Assembly (NCBI GenBank): GCA_002269645.1
Contig: NIVC01000126.1
Span: forward strand, 806,001-870,000
Reading direction: 5' to 3'
Source of the DNA: Macrostomum lignano
Lineage: Eukaryota
DNA: 64,000 nucleotides
The position numbers and the translations under genes are program-made. Shown here one piece after another: positions 1 to 8,824 of the stretch. The notes below the pieces were generated by a model. That model had not been told where the DNA came from. It searched no databases and saw only the letters and a list, made by a program, of their open reading frames with translations. Positions within the stretch are counted from its first letter, which is position 1. Every line of letters begins with the position of its first letter.

Positions 1-456
1 AAGACCTCGTGACTCGTTCTATTTTTAGAACTGACGTCACTTGAGGTCTCCGGCCAGGGTACACGCGGCTGTGACTCAGTTGCTATTTTTAGCAACATGA
101 GTCACTCCTCTCCTTAGAGAAGGGAGGGGTCCGAAAGCACGTGATTCTCCCGGTAAACAGGGCCAACGAGTGCAGTAAACATGTTTACTGCACTTTAGGA
201 CTCGAAGAACGCAGAGTCTGTCATGTGACTTGCTCACATGACAGAGGAAAACGGGACGGGAACGAAACAGAGACAGCCCACAGCAGAGAAGCTGAGGGCT
301 GAGAACAGAGACGCAGAAGGGCAGAACAGGCCAAGGGCAGCAACAGACGGGCCAAGGGGGTGGGAAGCTGACCAGCGGCAGACAGCAACCCAGGGCGAGG
401 GCGAGGGAGACTGCTGACAAAGTGAAACGCCTAACATCAACTAGCGGATCACTACA
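1..456 (-). repeat. 3' LTR (partial)
   Basis: Same sequence as 7912-8367. Begins TGTAGT on the - strand immediately after the polypurine tract. Confidence 0.95.
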
Positions 457-466
457 CTCTCCCCGT
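457..466 (-). promoter_or_regulatory. Polypurine tract (PPT)
   Basis: The - strand reads ...ttgaacGGGGAGAG|TGTAGT, abutting the 3' LTR. Confidence 0.8.
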
Positions 467-1452
467 TCAAATGAAGAGGCGGAGTGAAAGCGTAGCGCGC
501 TTTATTTATTAAACAAAATAGTGATTTTACTAAATAAAATTATTACAAATGCCTGGCAAAAGGATGGCAGTGTCACAAGGCATACCAATTATTACACGGC
601 TGGGCCAAGGTCAGGATTGTGACCCAAAATGGCGAAGCACCAATAGCACCGGTGGGTTGCCCACGCCAAGGCAGAGCCCTAGAAAATGATAAAATCGGAG
701 GGGCTGGCAAGTCCCTCGGGCGTACGCAGAATCAGGACCTCAGTCCAACAGCGGTTCGGGGGCGCCGGCCCGGAAAATGGGCGCCTAAATATACGGGATA
801 CCATAGACAGCCGGCAGAGCCCGTCACTGGGGAGAAGGGGATGCAGAACTGCACCAGAGCAACAGCTCACGGGAAGATAAACGAGTACGCATTGCGGGGG
901 CGCTGGCCCGCTATTGAGGGGCCACATAAAGTAGAGCAGGGAAAAATCAGAGGGTGCCTGTCAGCACCAAGTCCACAGAGTCAGAGTTAATCGCTGCGTT
1001 GGGTTGATCGGTGCACGCAGATGCGGGCAGTGCGACTAACATAAGTCTTAGCCCTAGGATTAATAATCAGCCTCTCAGGCTGCCTACGATTCCTAGCCGG
1101 CCTACCGGCATCTACAATTCCTACTGACGCTTCCACCGGAGTGGTGCATAGCGACGGCCCAGGGGTCTGGACCACAGATAAAGCAGCACTGGGGCGGGAG
1201 CAGAAACGGGCGGAAAAGAAACGGCAGGCATAGACGCATCAAGAACAGGCTCATGCAAATGACATTCACCATACGGCACTGGCTCACGCCGAAGTGCACT
1301 TGCCTGGTTCGCTGGTGTCGTGACCGGTCCACCTCCTGGCTGTACCTCCGGGATCGCCAAAGGCCGGAAGTGCCATCGGAAGGCCGGCCTTGCGTCGTAG
1401 CCGTCATCATCATCGTCGTCGGGGTCGTCCTGGTCGTCCTCGGGAATTGGCG

Positions 1453-2060
1453 TCAGGGTCGCGGGTCCTGCGCCGTCGGGGACGTCGGGCGGCCGCCGGC
1501 GTTTCTTCGGCTTGTCGACTTCAGGATCGATGTCCTCGTGTAGTCAGCGTCAGGCACGAGCAGAAGGTTCCGGCGATGGACGACTAATTCGTCTCGTCTA
1601 GCTCTCGGGTTGGGCAGTCTCCGTCGAATCTTGTAGACAACCTCGCCCTTAGGCTCGACGACTTCATACAGTGCTTTGCGCGGTCGGTGAAACTTCGCCG
1701 CCTCGTCCGGTTCAAGCACCGGATTGTTGAGGAAGACCAGATCACCGGGTTGAAGCTTCTTGGCGGCGGGCAGGTTCGAATAGTGCTCGTCTCGCAGTTG
1801 CTGGTGCAGATGCAGGCGCTCCTTGGCTAGCTCAGTCGCCTCGTCCAGGCGACGTTGGAAGTCCTTGACGTAGTCGGGCAGGTCGGCGTACTCGGGCAGC
1901 TTCTTCAGCGCGTTGTCGATCGGGAGTCGGAAGTCACGGCCGAACACCAGGTAGTGAGGCGTGAAGCCGGTCACCGGGTGCACGCTGGAGCGGAGAGCCA
2001 TCAGACAGGCCGGGAGGAAGGTGTCCCAGTCGTTGTGGTTGCGCTCGAGCAGACAGTGAG
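1453..2060 (-). pseudogene. Integrase C-terminal part, displaced by a 1-nt frameshift from the main pol ORF
   Basis: LLERNHNDWDTFLPACLMALRSSVHPVTGFTPHYLVFGRDFRLPID is the typical Gypsy integrase segment after the catalytic E, but it is in the frame of ORF 1453..2214. Confidence 0.9.
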
Positions 2061-5000
2061 GACACTCTTCAGCTGCTTGTTGAGGTTCTCGACTTGTCCA
2101 TTGGAAGCTGGATTGTACGGTGTTGTTGTCGTATGCCGAATGCCAAACAGGTCGCAGAACTTCTTGAAGGCCGAGCCGGTGAAGTTGGTGCCTTGGTCGG
2201 TGTGGATCCAGCATGGTACACCGAACTCAGGGATGAAGCGCTCCTGCAGAAGCTTGATGACTGTTTTGGCTTTCTGGTTTCTCATCGGGTAGGCGAATGG
2301 ATACTTCGACGTCGCATCGCACAAGGTCAGGATGTAGCGGTTGCCGTTCTTGCTTTTCTGCGCGATTGGTCCTACTACATCACAGTGGATTCTACCCAGA
2401 ACTTCGCAGACTGGGAAGCTCTGGACCGGAACTCTTTCTCGCCGTCGCGATTTACTTTCAAGGCAGGTGCGGCACTTACTGATGTAGGTCTTGGTAGCAC
2501 GGGCTAATCCGGGTCTCCAGAACCGTTCTCGTAGCCGCAATAACGTCTTTGTCTCACCGAGGTGTCCACACAGTGGCGAACTGTGGAGCTCCTGGAGCAC
2601 CTGGGCGTCAAGGGCCTCAGGCAGAACAACCTTTGGTGGCTGCTGGCCATCGGACAGGTCAATCAGCAGCAGGCCGTTGTCCTCCTGCAGGTTCTCGTAG
2701 TATCCGAGCAGGTTCCGCTGCTCCTTCGTCAGGCGCAACCGGGCATCGAACTCAGGCTTCGGGGCTTCGTCCTTGACCAGGTTGAGCACGTAGCTGATGG
2801 CTCGGTCAGCGCGCTGGGCTTCAACGAACTGTTGGCGAGTCATCGGCAGCTTCAGAAAATCAGTGAGCACAGCGCGGCATGGCTGAGGGGTCCGGATTCC
2901 CGCAGTCTCCGCTTTAATGGCTCCAGGTCGATCACACGGCACCGTCTTGTCGGCGTCAGGATTAGGTCGCTCCGAGAGACTTTGTCTCACAACGTCGGCG
3001 TACGTCCGTTGATCTCGAATCGAAGTTCTCTTCATCGCTCTCATGAAAGAATATTCCGCAGATGGAGCAGCGCGCATGCCTCCACTGCATAGCCCAGGCG
3101 ACTCTTGGCTGTAGGGCGGGACGCAACACGTGAAGCACGCCTCGTCGCTGGCAGCCGTAGCCGTCGGCTCAATCGTAGTCAAAATTGGGTGAGTCTTCTC
3201 CTGCACTGGGCGGTGTCGCAAAGGGGGACTCGACTTTCCGCACAGGCGATGAGCAGCTGTCTGTCGGCCCGGGGGACAGAGCTTCGACCTTGCAGCTGGC
3301 GCGAGATTCTGGCCTCTGTCAACACGGCGAGAAATCTCAGCGAAAGGCTCGGAAGGGTTGTAGTTAAATTGCTTGCCTGGAGTTGCGTTGCGGGCCGTCA
3401 TCAGGAGGGCTGCTGGTGCGGTGGCCTTCGAATCTTGGTCCGTGGGCGTCTCCAGAGTCCGAGACCTGAAGTCTTGGGCGTCGTCAAGGAGGTCTGTGTC
3501 CACAGTGGCCTCAAGGTCTTCGTCCAGGTTGGTCTCCAAGTTGCGGTAGGCGGCATGGGCATCGCGGCAGAGGGCTGTTGTCGCAGTGGCCTCTGAGTTG
3601 TCGTCCAGGCCGGTCTCCAGGCGTTGACTGCAGCGGTGGGCGTCGTGCTGGAAGGCTGCTGGCGCGGTGGCTTCCAGGTCTTCGTCCAGGTCAGTCTTGG
3701 CCTCCAAGCAGCGAGAGTGGACTGTCTTCTGGAGGGCTGCTCTTGGCCTCGGGTGTCGGGTCCAAATCCGGTTCCAGTCGTGGTCGTCACCGGGTCGGGC
3801 TGTAGAACCAGGTTGCTCTAGCAGTCGGCCATGCTCGAAGGAGATCGGCGGCGCCTCCGGTCTTCTTGACAGGGCATCAGCGTTGGCGTGGTCCTTGCCT
3901 TTGCGGTGGTTGAGCTGGAAGCGGAACTCGCTTAGGCGTTCGATCCAGCGGCCTAAAATACCTGTGGCCTGAGTCTGGTTCAGTAACCACAGTAAGGCCC
4001 GATGATCGGATCGAACTTCAAACTTCTTGCCAATTAAATAATGACGGAAATGTCGCATAGCGTCCACAATTGCAAGCAGCTCTTTCTTCGTGACCGTGTA
4101 GCGCTTCTCAGGATCGCGAAGTTTACGGCTAAAGAATGCAATTGGACGTTCGACGCCGTCGGATTGCAGTTGTCCAAGACAAGCGCCTATTCGAATATCA
4201 GAGGCATCCGTGTCGAGGACAAACTTCACAGCAGGATCAGAATTAAATTCAGGCAGAGCGAGAACTTCAGTAGAACACAATTTCTTCTTCAAAGTGTCGA
4301 ACGCTACCTGATGCTCGGGAGTCCAATGCTGCCGCAGGCTGCCAATGTCCTTTCGCGTCAGGGCATGCAGCGGCGCAGCCACTCCAGCGTAGCCGTCGAC
4401 AAACTTGTGGTAGTAATTGGCGAGGCCTAGGAATTGTCTCAGTTGAGTAACGGACTGTGGCACGGGCCAATCACGGATCTGCGCAATCTTGTCCTCACAG
4501 GTCTTCAGGCCGTCGGGAGTCACGACGTGACCTAAATAATGCAGCTCCTTGAGGAACAAATGACACTTCTTCGGTTTCACTTTGAGGTTGGCTGCGATGA
4601 TGCGCTGAAGTACAGTTCGCAAGTTATCCAGCTGTTCCTCGAAAGTCACTGAGTGCACCACGATGTCGTCCATGTAGCCAAGCGCAGTCTTTGGCGTCAG
4701 GCCGTCCAGGAGCTTATTGATGCAACGCTGAAAGCTGCCAGGACTGTCGTGGAGACCCATCGGTAGAACGTTGAAACAGAATTGGCCGCGGTCGATTACT
4801 GAGAATGCCGTCAAGTGCTGGTCGCAGTCGCGCAGCGGGATCTGCCAGAATCCTTGAGCAAGGTCCAAGCTAGAATACCACTGAGCACCACGAAGCTTCG
4901 CGAAGGTTTCCTGGATGTGCGGGAGCGGATACGGGTGATACACACACCTGTCATTGAGAGCTCTGAAGTCGTGGACTAGTCGGATGTTGCCGTCCTTCTT

Positions 5001-6275
5001 GGGCACGATGAGCATTGGCGAATTGTAGCTCGAGTAGGCAGGGCGAATGATGTGCTTCGCCAGCATCTCGTCTAGCAGGGCGTCGAGTTTGTCCTTCAGA
5101 TGAGGCGGGATTCGGCGCGGTGGTAGCGCGACTGGTGTCCGGTCCTTCAAGATGATCTCGTGGGTCACCAGGTGAGTCAGGCCGGCGTCTAGCGAGTGCT
5201 TGGAGAAGGCCGCTTGACATTCGACTAGTAGATCTCGCACTCTTTGATGTTGTTCTTTGGACAATTCGCTGTTGATCTCGACTTCATCTAGCCATGCTGT
5301 GCTGGACTCTTCAGAGTTCTTCGGGAGGTGTCGCACTTCAGGTTCGGGCGTCTCGCTCAAGTACATCAGGTCGGCAGTTCGGAGTGGCGTCGCAACACCA
5401 ACACGGATACCGGCTTGCAGGAACACCTCGCTGTCGGCGGTGTTGACGACCTCAATGTAGCCGCGACCTTCAGGCATCGTCATCAGAGCAGGCGCTGCTT
5501 CCAGAGCGTTGCAGCTGGGATGCAGCCTCGACTTAACCAGCTCGACAATTGATGGCGATCCTCGATTCTCAGGGTGGCCGTCATCCAGTCTGACGGCAAG
5601 CAGCGCTGAACTTCTAGGCGGCAGGGTGCACTTCTCAGAGGTGTACACTCGGCAGTTCTGAAGCTCACGCCGCGAATAACGAACAGGGATGCACGTGCCA
5701 TTGTTGAACGTTAGCATTCCTTGAGCGAAGTCCAAGTTCTGGCAGTGCTCTCGCATAAACGATACGCCAAGCAAATTTTCACAATCGGAGACCGTAACGA
5801 GGAATTCGGTGTCCGCGACGACATCACCGAACTCCACCGGGATGGTCACCTTACAAGCAAGCGGGAGCTGCGTCCCGTCATACATAGTTACGCAATCGGG
5901 AATAGCATGCGATATAATACAACGAGGCATCCGGCGTCTAATAGCGGCCCAGGTTGACGAACCGAGGAAGTTTTTCCGGCTGCCGCTGTCTAGCAAGAAA
6001 GGGACCTCTCGACTCGCCACTCGACCTGTGACGTACGGATCGGCCTCACGCGCATGGATTTTTTGATTCGGGGAGGTGTCCACGAAACCTCCGCACTCAG
6101 CGTCGCTTACTGACGAGCGACTGTCGGACTGGGCATTGGCGCCTGTGCAGCCGACATCCTCTTCTTCTCGCGACCGTTCTGAATCTGCCAAGTAGCCTGG
6201 GCTTGGACCTCGCGGAGGGCGGTGCCGTTGTCGCTCTCCGCCTGGCCGTTTCCCTGGTTCTGGCGCATCGGGCAC
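2001..6275 (-). CDS. pol: Gypsy Pol polyprotein (protease, RT, RNase H, integrase core)
   Basis: FLLDSGS (protease); YNSPMLIVPKKDG, LDLAQGFWQIP, LPMGL, YMDD (RT); LDTDAS, KELLAIV, HANADALSR (RNase H); H-H-CC zinc finger, HCDVVGP, IHTDQG, NGQVE (integrase). Confidence 0.97.
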   Translation of the reverse strand: MPDAPEPGKRPGGERQRHRPPRGPSPGYLADSERSREEEDVGCTGANAQSDSRSSVSDAECGGFVDTSPNQKIHAREADPYVTGRVASREVPFLLDSGSRKNFLGSSTWAAIRRRMPRCIISHAIPDCVTMYDGTQLPLACKVTIPVEFGDVVADTEFLVTVSDCENLLGVSFMREHCQNLDFAQGMLTFNNGTCIPVRYSRRELQNCRVYTSEKCTLPPRSSALLAVRLDDGHPENRGSPSIVELVKSRLHPSCNALEAAPALMTMPEGRGYIEVVNTADSEVFLQAGIRVGVATPLRTADLMYLSETPEPEVRHLPKNSEESSTAWLDEVEINSELSKEQHQRVRDLLVECQAAFSKHSLDAGLTHLVTHEIILKDRTPVALPPRRIPPHLKDKLDALLDEMLAKHIIRPAYSSYNSPMLIVPKKDGNIRLVHDFRALNDRCVYHPYPLPHIQETFAKLRGAQWYSSLDLAQGFWQIPLRDCDQHLTAFSVIDRGQFCFNVLPMGLHDSPGSFQRCINKLLDGLTPKTALGYMDDIVVHSVTFEEQLDNLRTVLQRIIAANLKVKPKKCHLFLKELHYLGHVVTPDGLKTCEDKIAQIRDWPVPQSVTQLRQFLGLANYYHKFVDGYAGVAAPLHALTRKDIGSLRQHWTPEHQVAFDTLKKKLCSTEVLALPEFNSDPAVKFVLDTDASDIRIGACLGQLQSDGVERPIAFFSRKLRDPEKRYTVTKKELLAIVDAMRHFRHYLIGKKFEVRSDHRALLWLLNQTQATGILGRWIERLSEFRFQLNHRKGKDHANADALSRRPEAPPISFEHGRLLEQPGSTARPGDDHDWNRIWTRHPRPRAALQKTVHSRCLEAKTDLDEDLEATAPAAFQHDAHRCSQRLETGLDDNSEATATTALCRDAHAAYRNLETNLDEDLEATVDTDLLDDAQDFRSRTLETPTDQDSKATAPAALLMTARNATPGKQFNYNPSEPFAEISRRVDRGQNLAPAARSKLCPPGRQTAAHRLCGKSSPPLRHRPVQEKTHPILTTIEPTATAASDEACFTCCVPPYSQESPGLCSGGMRAAPSAEYSFMRAMKRTSIRDQRTYADVVRQSLSERPNPDADKTVPCDRPGAIKAETAGIRTPQPCRAVLTDFLKLPMTRQQFVEAQRADRAISYVLNLVKDEAPKPEFDARLRLTKEQRNLLGYYENLQEDNGLLLIDLSDGQQPPKVVLPEALDAQVLQELHSSPLCGHLGETKTLLRLRERFWRPGLARATKTYISKCRTCLESKSRRRERVPVQSFPVCEVLGRIHCDVVGPIAQKSKNGNRYILTLCDATSKYPFAYPMRNQKAKTVIKLLQERFIPEFGVPCWIHTDQGTNFTGSAFKKFCDLFGIRHTTTTPYNPASNGQVENLNKQLKSVLTVCSSATTTTGTPSSRPV

Positions 6276-7357
6276 TGGGTGTTGCGATGACCGGGCTGTC
6301 CGCAGCTATAGCAGATTATAGCTTTCTTTGGCGGGCTGGCTACCTGCTGTTGGTCACGCTGCACCAGGTGATCCAGCATTCGCTGCTGCTTCTCAATCAA
6401 GTCGGTTAGAGTCAGCAAGGCTTGGGCGGTGACGTCGGGTTTCGGGTCGCCGTCCTCCTCCCCGTCCAACATCCTAACCGGGGGTTGAGCAGATCGGTGC
6501 GCCAATTCTTTGGCGCCTTCTAGTCGTCGTAGCTCTCGAATCGCAGCAAGAAGATTGTTCGGGCGAACCCAGTACAGCCGTTCGCGCAGATCTGGAGTCG
6601 TCCGGATACCAGCAAGAAATTGATCAGTAATCTCCTTCTCGCGGTCTTCAGGATGCATTCGAGGATATGCACGTTCACCCAGAGTTCTCAGGGCGTCAGC
6701 GAACTCTTCTGCTGACTCATTCTTGCCTTGTTGACGACGTCGCAACAGTTCTCGATACTCATCAGCACCACCATGACGGGCAAATCGCTCAATCAGACGT
6801 TGCTTGACCTCCTCGTAGCTGGCGAAACGCGGAAGATTCATACCAAGCAAGGCTGGATACGCAGTAGCCAAATCGAGACTCGCGATGAGGTGTTGTTTCA
6901 TCTCGAACGGGTCGACGATGCGCTCCATCTCGCAACGCTGCTCGAACGCGGCAAGCCAGACATGAATGTCCTGACTTGGAGTAAATTTCACAATTTTAAC
7001 TTGTTTACTCACGGGCCGCTCCATCTGCTGCTGCAGAGCTGCCATCATGGTCCTCACGTCCTGGTGCGTGATGTTCCGGCCGATGTTGTCCAGGCCTTGC
7101 AGAAGCTCGTCTGGCGGGTCGTCGGACGCGTCGCTTCTGGCACCTCGCCTCGGCGTTGGCTGCTGACCAAGGCCGTTGATCGCTGCTGCTGCTGCGGCGT
7201 CCGCTGCCGCAGGCATCGAACTGCTGATGTGCTGATCCAGCCGGCTGCTGCACCGGCTCTCGTCTCGTTCGTTGAACATATTGAACTCGTCGTAGTCGCT
7301 GGCCGAAGTCGTTCTCGAAAGAGCGGTTGGCTTGGGTGTGTCGTAGTCGGATCTCAC
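6107..7357 (-). CDS. gag: Gypsy Gag with CCHC zinc knuckle (first ATG at 7279; the ORF-track start is GTG)
   Basis: CYSCGQPGHRNTQC knuckle, capsid-like helical region (QQGKNESAEEFADALRTL), and position between PBS and pol. Confidence 0.92.
   Translation of the reverse strand: MRSDYDTPKPTALSRTTSASDYDEFNMFNERDESRCSSRLDQHISSSMPAAADAAAAAAINGLGQQPTPRRGARSDASDDPPDELLQGLDNIGRNITHQDVRTMMAALQQQMERPVSKQVKIVKFTPSQDIHVWLAAFEQRCEMERIVDPFEMKQHLIASLDLATAYPALLGMNLPRFASYEEVKQRLIERFARHGGADEYRELLRRRQQGKNESAEEFADALRTLGERAYPRMHPEDREKEITDQFLAGIRTTPDLRERLYWVRPNNLLAAIRELRRLEGAKELAHRSAQPPVRMLDGEEDGDPKPDVTAQALLTLTDLIEKQQRMLDHLVQRDQQQVASPPKKAIICYSCGQPGHRNTQCPMRQNQGNGQAESDNGTALREVQAQATWQIQNGREKKRMSAAQAPMPSPTVARQ
6212..6254 (-). 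promoter_or_regulatory. -1 programmed ribosomal frameshift signal (G GGA AAC plus hairpin)
   Basis: Heptamer at 6254-6248 is in the gag frame (CAG GGA AAC). A 6-nt spacer is followed by a GCGGAGAGCG...CGCCCTCCGC stem (6241-6212). pol is in the -1 frame. Confidence 0.85.
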
Positions 7358-7473
7358 CGCTGCGTCACCAGTGAAGTACAGGCTGTTTTTCCCGGTTAGG
7401 CACTTAAGATTACCTCAAGTCTCGAGCCTCTTCAAAGGGAAGTTCTCTCAACTCTCTCAGTAGCGTAGGTAGT

Positions 7474-7483
7474 GCTGCCACCA
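7474..7483 (-). promoter_or_regulatory. Primer binding site, probably tRNA-Leu
   Basis: The - strand reads TGGTGGCAGC, complementary to the ...GCTGCCA-CCA 3' end of eukaryotic tRNA-Leu as recalled. Confidence 0.7.
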
Positions 7484-8367
7484 GTTCCTTCAGGTCTCGG
7501 CCTTCGGTGAGGTGAGCTTCCCGTCGGAACGAAATAATGAAGTCAACGAACACAGCACAGCGTGCAGATTTGCAGATTAATGAACAAGGCGTCCTGATCA
7601 GCAGATCCCCGCCGGGCTCAGGGGTGACTGGGAAGGCAGTGTTAGCCTCCCTTAGGCTTGGGCTTTAGTGGGGTCTCAGTCAGACCAGTACAAACGGATT
7701 CAGTACGCAAAGGGCACTTAGTTAGACACTGACGCACACGGGATCTTAGTGAATTCTCCGCAGATAAGAAGCCAAAACAATTCCTTGACGGAAACAAGGG
7801 GAGAGGGGTCCTATTTATAGCCGGGAAACACCCACGCACAAGACCTCGTGACTTGTTCTATTTTTAGAACTGACGTCACTTGAGATCTCGAGGCAGGGTC
7901 TCAGTGCGCGCAAGACCTCGTGACTCGTTCTATTTTTAGAACTGACGTCACTTGAGGTCTCCGGCCAGGGTACACGCGGCTGTGACTCAGTTGCTATTTT
8001 TAGCAACATGAGTCACTCCTCTCCTTAGAGAAGGGAGGGGTCCGAAAGCACGTGATTCTCCCGGTAAACAGGGCCAACGAGTGCAGTAAACATGTTTACT
8101 GCACTTTAGGACTCGAAGAACGCAGAGTCTGTCATGTGACTTGCTCACATGACAGAGGAAAACGGGACGGGAACGAAACAGAGACAGCCCACAGCAGAGA
8201 AGCTGAGGGCTGAGAACAGAGACGCAGAAGGGCAGAACAGGCCAAGGGCAGCAACAGACGGGCCAAGGGGGTGGGAAGCTGACCAGCGGCAGACAGCAAC
8301 CCAGGGCGAGGGCGAGGGAGACTGCTGACAAAGTGAAACGCCTAACATCAACTAGCGGATCACTACA
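7484..8367 (-). repeat. 5' LTR (~884 bp; inner boundary inferred from the PBS)
   Basis: 7912-8367 matches 1-456. TATAAATA at 7819-7812 on the - strand, a GU-rich U5-like segment next to the PBS, and a 72-bp tandem duplication at about 7840-7985. Confidence 0.85.
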
Positions 8368-8660
8368 GTAGTTTCAGTGATGGAAATGGTAGTTTCAGTG
8401 ATAAGAATGGTAGTTTTAGTGCTGATAATGGTAGTTTCAGTGACGACAATGGTAGTTTCAGTGATGAAAATGGTAGTTTCAGTGATGAAAATGGTAGTTT
8501 CAGTGATGAAAATGGTAGTTTCAGTGATGAAAATAGTAGTTTCAGTGATGAAAATGGTAGTTTCAGTGATGAGAATGGTAGTTTCAGTGCTGATAATGGT
8601 AGCTTTAGCTAAGGAATTTGTAAGTTCAGCAAGGTTAATGGTTATCGATAGTTTCAGTAA
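8368..8660. repeat. 21-bp minisatellite (gtagtttcagtgatgaaaatg), the retrotransposon insertion site
   Basis: About 13 tandem copies starting exactly at the LTR end. Confidence 0.95.
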
Positions 8661-8824
8661 AGTAAATAGTAGAATCAAGAGACGTAACGGCAGATTCAGA
8701 AAATTAAAGCAATGCTTCTGGGAAGGTATGGGTAGTTTTAGGCATGCAAAACGATTGTAATTGAACTCAGAGTAAAAATTGCATTTCTATACCCTTGAAT
8801 ATACTCAATTCACTTCAACTTCAG

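Larger units (their letters stand above)
1..8367 (-). mobile_element. Ty3/Gypsy LTR retrotransposon, near full length (3' LTR cut by the window edge), antisense in an intron of TRPC4AP
   Basis: 1-456 is repeated at 7912-8367 (offset 7911; the ORF translations of the two copies are identical). Domain order is gag-PR-RT-RH-INT. PBS and PPT lie at the expected positions. Confidence 0.97.

Noticed and set aside
76-420. 114-aa Cys/Leu-rich ORF duplicated at 7987-8331
   Set aside because: Lies within the LTR; the duplication is just the LTR repeat and there is no coding signature.
460-1450. env-like or extra ORF in the retrotransposon 3' region
   Set aside because: Only short ORFs (123 aa or less) without a signal peptide, TM segment or recognisable motif.
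1453-1620. Chromodomain at the integrase C-terminus
   Set aside because: The tail after the GPY/F-like region is short, basic and low complexity, with no chromodomain aromatic-cage pattern.
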